Shown: piece by piece, positions 6,699 to 11,353 of the stretch | Layout of the letters: the number at the start of each line of letters is the position of its first letter | Numbering within the stretch: the stretch's first letter is position 1 | Assembly: GCA_004524535.1 (NCBI GenBank) | Contig: SDNY01000111.1 | Coordinates: 1 to 11,353, forward strand | From: Promethearchaeota archaeon | GTDB taxonomy: Archaea > Asgardarchaeota > Lokiarchaeia > Sigyniarchaeales > SOKP01 | DNA length: 11,353 bases | Reading direction: 5' to 3' | Translations under genes and position numbers: made by a program | The notes under the pieces: model-generated | Told to the model about the DNA's origin: nothing | The model's input: only the letters and a program-made list of their open reading frames with translations | The model's database searches: none

Positions 6699-7721
6699 AT
6701 GATAAAAACGAGAATAACAGAAAAGTTTGGGATAAAATATCCCATTCTTAGCGCACCTATGGGTCCCTTTTACACTACTGAATTAACTATTGCCACATCT
6801 GAAGCGGGAGGGCTTGGAGTGCTAAGCCATGTTACATTACTAGGAAAAAATTCGATTAAAGATATGAAAGAGCAAATAGATCATGTTATAGAGAATACAG
6901 ATAAGCCATTTGGTGTTAATATTAGAACAGCGCGAGTACAAACTGATCATAAAATATTATTGAGAAAGATAGCTGACTGGCGTAATAAAAATCCGAAACT
7001 AAGAGAACAATTGATTTATGGACTAACTAGTGCTGGTGGACCTAGACTGGCTGGTAAAGTATGGAAGAAATCTGCTCCCGATATGTTTCATTTTCATGTA
7101 GGACCAGCTTTATGGCTTGTTGACAAGATTGTTGATTCGGGATGCGATGGTATTGTTGCTACGGGCACTGAAGGTGGAGGGCATCAGAGCTATGAAGGTA
7201 TAAGTACATTAGTTCTAGTACAACAAGTAGCTCGTAAATATCCAGATAAATTGATGGTAGCTTGTGGGGGGTTTAGTAGCCCAGAAGGTGTTGCGGCAGG
7301 TTTAGCTATGGGTGCAGATGCAATTGCTATGGGAACTCGATTTATTGCGTCAAATCAAAGCGAATTTCACCCTAATTATAAAGCACTTATTCCTCCTGCG
7401 ACTGCCAGAGACACATTGCTTACAACAGGCGGTTTCGGTCCTATACGTTTGCTAAAAAACAAATATTGCATAGAGCATGGAGAAGTAATTTCAAAACAAG
7501 AAAAAATAGCTCAAGAATTAAGTTATGATGTAGCTGGATACATTGATGACTTAAAGAAATATATGATTGTGTATACAGAGGGAGATGTGGAAAATGGTGC
7601 TATCCCAGTAGGACAAACCGTTGGTTTGATTGATTCGATATTAGATGTAGATGATATCATATCAGGATTTACGAAAGAAGCAGAAAAGATATTAAAAAAC
7701 CTATGTTCAAACATAACTTAA
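6699..7721 (+). CDS. Nitronate monooxygenase / FabK-like FMN-dependent oxidoreductase
   Basis: Motifs TRITEKFGIKYPILSAPM, SEAGGLG, TDKPFGVN, TGTEGGGH (catalytic His), ACGGF, AMGADAIAMGTRFIAS and GQTVGLI. Confidence 0.92.
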   Translation: MIKTRITEKFGIKYPILSAPMGPFYTTELTIATSEAGGLGVLSHVTLLGKNSIKDMKEQIDHVIENTDKPFGVNIRTARVQTDHKILLRKIADWRNKNPKLREQLIYGLTSAGGPRLAGKVWKKSAPDMFHFHVGPALWLVDKIVDSGCDGIVATGTEGGGHQSYEGISTLVLVQQVARKYPDKLMVACGGFSSPEGVAAGLAMGADAIAMGTRFIASNQSEFHPNYKALIPPATARDTLLTTGGFGPIRLLKNKYCIEHGEVISKQEKIAQELSYDVAGYIDDLKKYMIVYTEGDVENGAIPVGQTVGLIDSILDVDDIISGFTKEAEKILKNLCSNIT

Positions 7722-7753
7722 GATATAGTATATCTTTTTTCCTTATTTTTTTT
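7720..7753 (+). terminator. Hairpin plus T-tract after the NMO gene
   Basis: AAGATATA-G-TATATCTT dyad (7720-7736) overlaps the stop codon and runs into TTTTCCTTATTTTTTTT. Confidence 0.45.
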
Positions 7754-7781
7754 AATTAAATATGTTCATTATTAGGGTATA

Positions 7782-8051
7782 ATGCCAGAAACAACACCGA
7801 ATTTAAGAAAAAAGATTAAAGAATTAATGAATTTAACATATAGAGCAATAACTGATTTATCTAAGTGTAAATCTTGCGGAACATGCGTAAAATTTTGTCC
7901 ATTAAAAATCAGAGAATTCAATTCTGAAGGAAAGGCTATTACTATAAAAAATGATAAATCTTGTGGAGGTTGTTCCGTTTGTTATAAAAGATGTCCTCAA
8001 AACGCTATAAAATTAATTTCTATTAAAAAAGATATAAATATTCAGAAATAG
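7782..8051 (+). CDS. 2x[4Fe-4S] dicluster ferredoxin
   Basis: Two CxxCxxCxxxCP motifs (CKSCGTCVKFCP and CGGCSVCYKRCP). The start could instead be the internal Met (MNLTYRA). Confidence 0.9.
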   Translation: MPETTPNLRKKIKELMNLTYRAITDLSKCKSCGTCVKFCPLKIREFNSEGKAITIKNDKSCGGCSVCYKRCPQNAIKLISIKKDINIQK

Positions 8052-8140
8052 GTTTTAACACTTTTTATAATTTTGATAATAATATAAAATTAAAAAAAAA
8101 GAAAATAATCGAGAGAATCTCCTAATCTTCTCCAGAGCTT

Positions 8141-8434
8141 CTACTTTTTTGGGGGTAGAATTTCAATTTCCATCGCACTAACGTTACTCTTCGTACCGTC
8201 TTGGTTAGTAATTTCTTCAGTGTCTATTTTTACTTCACCATAGTTAGATCCTTTTATAAAATTGTTTTTAAGAATTTCTGCAACATCTACGGCTTTCGAA
8301 ATTGATCTTCCTCGTGCAAGCAATCTGACTGGTCGATTTTCGTTAATAATTACCATAGCAGCGAGCACATAATTCATACTTTTCTTTCTACCAATAAATA
8401 CTCTTGAATCGTCTTGCGGTTTTTTTTTAGCCAA
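8141..8434 (-). CDS. albA: Alba (Sac10b-family) DNA/RNA-binding protein
   Basis: VFIGRKKSMNYVLA, ARGRSISKAVDVAEI and SNVSAMEIEI are Alba signatures. I prefer TTG at 8434 because GGTGA (8444-8440) lies 5 nt upstream. The alternative start is ATG 8446. Confidence 0.93.
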   Translation of the reverse strand: MAKKKPQDDSRVFIGRKKSMNYVLAAMVIINENRPVRLLARGRSISKAVDVAEILKNNFIKGSNYGEVKIDTEEITNQDGTKSNVSAMEIEILPPKK

Positions 8435-8511
8435 AATAATCACCATTTTCCCGTGTTAGGTTTAAAATTTTCTTAATTCTACTTTAAGTTCTTATTCTTT
8501 TCTCTCTTATC

Positions 8512-8529
8512 AATTATCTTAAGATAATT
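8512..8529. promoter_or_regulatory. Perfect 18-bp palindrome upstream of alba, candidate operator
   Basis: AATTATCTTAAGATAATT is its own reverse complement and lies in the crotonase-alba spacer. Confidence 0.45.
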
Positions 8530-8632
8530 ATGTAAATTAACTTAGATTTTGATTTAAATTTTATTAAAAAAGTACAAAGACATTTAAAATAGTATATCTG
8601 GCAAAAAATTAATACTTTTTAGTGGTAAATTC

Positions 8633-9454
8633 TTATTTTCCAATAAAAATTGGATCGCGCTTTTCTTTTAGCGCTTTTAAAGATTCTCCAAAATCTCTGC
8701 TGATAATCGTTTTAACCCATCCTTTATTCTCTAAATCTAATTGTTTTTCAATGATTTCTCTAAAATAAGCATGCATTGTTTTTTTCATTAATTTTATAGA
8801 TACACTTGGTCCTTTCGGAGGAATCAATCTTAAAGCTTGCTCTCTTGCAAATGGCATTAACTCATCGGGTGGTAAAACCTTATTTATTAAACCGAGTTTC
8901 TCCGCATCTTGAGGTGATATTTTATCACCAAAATAAAAGAGTTCTTTAGCTTTACTGAATCCTACAATTAGAGGTAAAAGAAAAGTAGTAGCAAAATCAG
9001 GCATAACAGCTCGTTTTATAAAATATAACCCAAACCAAGAATTTTCTGAAGCATATGAAAGATCCGCACAAATAACGGGAAGTGTAAAACCACCTCCAAC
9101 AGCAAGACCGTTTATCGCAGCAATCACGGGTTTAGGGAAATCCCAAAATTTTAAACATAATTTTTTCGAAGCCATATCTCTTAAGTCTATTTCTTTAGCA
9201 TATTCTTGAGGAACTTCCTTTCGCACATCTTTAGTAAAATATCCTCCAGAACAAAAAGCATTTGCCTCTTCACAGCCAGTTAGAATCATGACTTTAATTT
9301 CTCGATCTTTCTGAGCAAGGTCTAAAGCGTACCAAAGTTCTAATAAAGTAAGAGGAGATAAAGCATTTTTCCGCTCAGGTCGATTTAAAATAACGGTTAC
9401 AATTCCATTTTCTTCTTTTTCAAATAGGATATCCTTGAAATCTTCACTTCTCAT
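8633..9454 (-). CDS. Enoyl-CoA hydratase/isomerase (crotonase) family protein, PaaG-like active site
   Basis: Motifs VILNRPERKNALS, AFCSGG, PKPVIAAINGLAVGGG, AEKLGLINKV and EKRDPIFIGK. Confidence 0.93.
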   Translation of the reverse strand: MRSEDFKDILFEKEENGIVTVILNRPERKNALSPLTLLELWYALDLAQKDREIKVMILTGCEEANAFCSGGYFTKDVRKEVPQEYAKEIDLRDMASKKLCLKFWDFPKPVIAAINGLAVGGGFTLPVICADLSYASENSWFGLYFIKRAVMPDFATTFLLPLIVGFSKAKELFYFGDKISPQDAEKLGLINKVLPPDELMPFAREQALRLIPPKGPSVSIKLMKKTMHAYFREIIEKQLDLENKGWVKTIISRDFGESLKALKEKRDPIFIGK

Positions 9455-9505
9455 AACCTTAAAAAATTATAATGAATTATGAATCTTTCTTATGAAAAGA
9501 AAGCG

Positions 9506-10171
9506 TTATTGATCTTTATTCTCTAAATCAATAAATTTCCAGATTTTAGTTATTTGTAATGCTGCCCATAGGATATAGCCGTAAACAATAATTTTTTGTG
9601 TTATTGGATTATATTGAATGAAGATTCTTAATATTAATAAACCAACGATTATCGAAAAAACAAAACCAACAACGGCGTATATATTGCTGTAATCTTTTTT
9701 TAGCAGTATAGCTATTGAATAAAAAAATATAGCCCCTGCGAAGGATAAAAAGAAATACGTAGCCGAAAATGCGTGTTCAGAAAGATGTGTATTGCCGGGA
9801 AAGATTCCTACTCCCATTAATAAAGGTGATGAAATAAGACCCAATAAAGAACCAATATAACTAAAGAATTTCGTTATTATATCATCATTAAATATAGTAG
9901 TCATAACAATCCAAAAAAAAATTAACGACGCACCTGTCGCTACACATGTAACAGCAAATAAAACGCTCGAAATTATGTTATTCGACCCAGTTCTTACGTT
10001 AACTGTTGTCCCTAAATAACTAATATAATCTTCTGTAAAAGAATAGCCGTCAGGATAAAAGAATAGTGCTGCTATGATTGTTATAATTATAAATTGCATA
10101 CCTCCTAATAAAGCAATTATACAGCTTAATCTTTTCCATGATTTTAAATCATCTAATTTTAATCCAGCCAT
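9506..10171 (-). CDS. Integral membrane protein, DUF998-like
   Basis: About six hydrophobic segments with YPDGYSFTEDYISYLG and GVGIFP...H motifs typical of DUF998. I prefer ATG 10171 over GTG 10180, where GTGA may serve as the RBS. Confidence 0.7.
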   Translation of the reverse strand: MAGLKLDDLKSWKRLSCIIALLGGMQFIIITIIAALFFYPDGYSFTEDYISYLGTTVNVRTGSNNIISSVLFAVTCVATGASLIFFWIVMTTIFNDDIITKFFSYIGSLLGLISSPLLMGVGIFPGNTHLSEHAFSATYFFLSFAGAIFFYSIAILLKKDYSNIYAVVGFVFSIIVGLLILRIFIQYNPITQKIIVYGYILWAALQITKIWKFIDLENKDQ

Positions 10172-10182
10172 TAAAATCACTG

Positions 10183-11353
10183 TTAAAGATCCAATTCTTT
10201 TATATTACGTCTATTTTCACTAATTTTCTCAGGATTTAAATCATACAGGATCCAAAAAAATAAAGCACCAATAAGGATAAAAATCATAGGAATTAATGCT
10301 GCGTGTATATAAATTCCCCATATGGCGAGATCTGTTTGAGTATCTGCTCCTTCCACAAACCCTGTGAGTTCATGAACTATGGCAAAACTTAAAACTTGGA
10401 TGATGAGCCCAAGACGACCAAAAAATTGTTGAATTCCTATATATGTGCCTTCTTCGCGTTTTTTGTATCTTACAATAGATTCATCTATTACATCCGAAAA
10501 AACAGGAAATATCATAGACCAAAATCCTCCTAATGCTATTCCCCATACAGTCATAGCGATAACAAGGGACCAATATGCTTTTATAAATAGTAATGGGAAT
10601 GCAAAAACACCCAATAATATGGCTGAAATTAGCATAACTTTACCATTATCATTTGTTTTCTTTGCTAACTTTACCCATAAAGGAATTGAAATTATTGTTC
10701 CTATTAACAATCCAGCCATAATAAATGTAGTAAATCTTGCTTTCTGATATTTTGATTCAACTGCAAATCTCACCACAAATGGCAGAGATGCCTGGAGAGA
10801 ATTTATTATAACATAATACATCGTGTAGATAATCATAAAAGCTATGAAAGATTTTTGTTTAAAAGCTAGTCTCATTGATTTAAAGAAGGATTCTCTTTTA
10901 ACTTGTTTTTCATAGGTTGTTAGGTAAATATCAACCGTCTGTTGATCATCACGATGACCTGGTATTGCCAGTAACATCGTAGCTATAGTTATTACCATTA
11001 CTATTAATCCTTGAATTATATATGACTGCAAATCTTCAAAAGTAATAATTAATGGAGGTAAAATCGCTCCCAGAGCAGTCCCTATGAGACCTAAAGGAAT
11101 GTAAACAGCAGCAGCAGTTCTTCGTTCCTCTATTGAACCAAATTTATCGGGGAAAAGAGATTGAAAACTTACAAAATAAATAGAATGAAATGTATCAAAT
11201 AAACACGTAGTAAACGTAAGCCAAGCAAAAATAATCCATGCGCCCCCTACAGGATCGATGGATGGTGGAAAAAAAACAAGAAAATAGCAAAATCCAAGAG
11301 GAAATCCCCCTAAAAGAAGCCATGGAAATCTTCTTCCCCATTTTTTAGTGAAC
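10183..11353 (-). CDS. MFS transporter, GPH/MelB (MFS_2) family, 5' end beyond window
   Basis: The frame is open upstream of the ORF-track start to the window edge: FTKKWGRRFPWLLLGG...SLFPDKFGSIEERRTAAA. The C-half has FSDVIDE...RYKKREEGTYIGIQQF. Both are GPH signatures. Confidence 0.92.
   Translation of the reverse strand, partial: FTKKWGRRFPWLLLGGFPLGFCYFLVFFPPSIDPVGGAWIIFAWLTFTTCLFDTFHSIYFVSFQSLFPDKFGSIEERRTAAAVYIPLGLIGTALGAILPPLIITFEDLQSYIIQGLIVMVITIATMLLAIPGHRDDQQTVDIYLTTYEKQVKRESFFKSMRLAFKQKSFIAFMIIYTMYYVIINSLQASLPFVVRFAVESKYQKARFTTFIMAGLLIGTIISIPLWVKLAKKTNDNGKVMLISAILLGVFAFPLLFIKAYWSLVIAMTVWGIALGGFWSMIFPVFSDVIDESIVRYKKREEGTYIGIQQFFGRLGLIIQVLSFAIVHELTGFVEGADTQTDLAIWGIYIHAALIPMIFILIGALFFWILYDLNPEKISENRRNIKELDL

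Noticed and set aside
7523-7714. 63-aa minus-strand ORF
   Set aside because: Antisense shadow of the NMO 3' end.
7725-8599. ATAGTATATCT direct repeat (7725-7735 and 8589-8599) flanking ferredoxin and alba
   Set aside because: Short and AT-rich, and it flanks housekeeping genes with no sign of mobility.
10445-10747. 100-aa plus-strand ORF
   Set aside because: Antisense shadow of the MFS gene.
1-11353. CRISPR array, tRNA/rRNA or IS element
   Set aside because: No regularly spaced repeats, GC-rich structured RNA segments, terminal inverted repeats or transposase ORFs were seen. All spacers are short and AT-rich.

Overview
This AT-rich, archaeal-looking window carries an alba gene, GGTGA/GAGG-type ribosome-binding motifs and several acyl-CoA/lipid metabolism genes. 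The gene content suggests an Asgard (Lokiarchaeia-like) archaeon, which is inference only. Left block (minus strand): a tightly coupled operon of a thiolase-fold protein lacking the nucleophilic Cys, a DUF35 Zn-ribbon/OB-fold protein, a stand-alone SCP2 protein and a low-specificity threonine aldolase that runs off the window edge. Middle block (about 3.0-6.7 kb): a defence islet with an m4C methyltransferase plus MjaI-family endonuclease (probably CTAG-specific), a TPR gene split by a 1-nt frameshift at an A9G4 run, and a MntA/HepT toxin-antitoxin pair. Right block: an NMO/FabK-family flavoenzyme, a 2x[4Fe-4S] ferredoxin, Alba, a crotonase lacking both canonical glutamates, a DUF998-like membrane protein and a 5'-truncated GPH-family MFS transporter. 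The best candidate for an undescribed system is the Cys-less thiolase/DUF35/SCP2 module with the flanking NMO and crotonase. I saw no RNA genes, CRISPR arrays, transposases or integrases.
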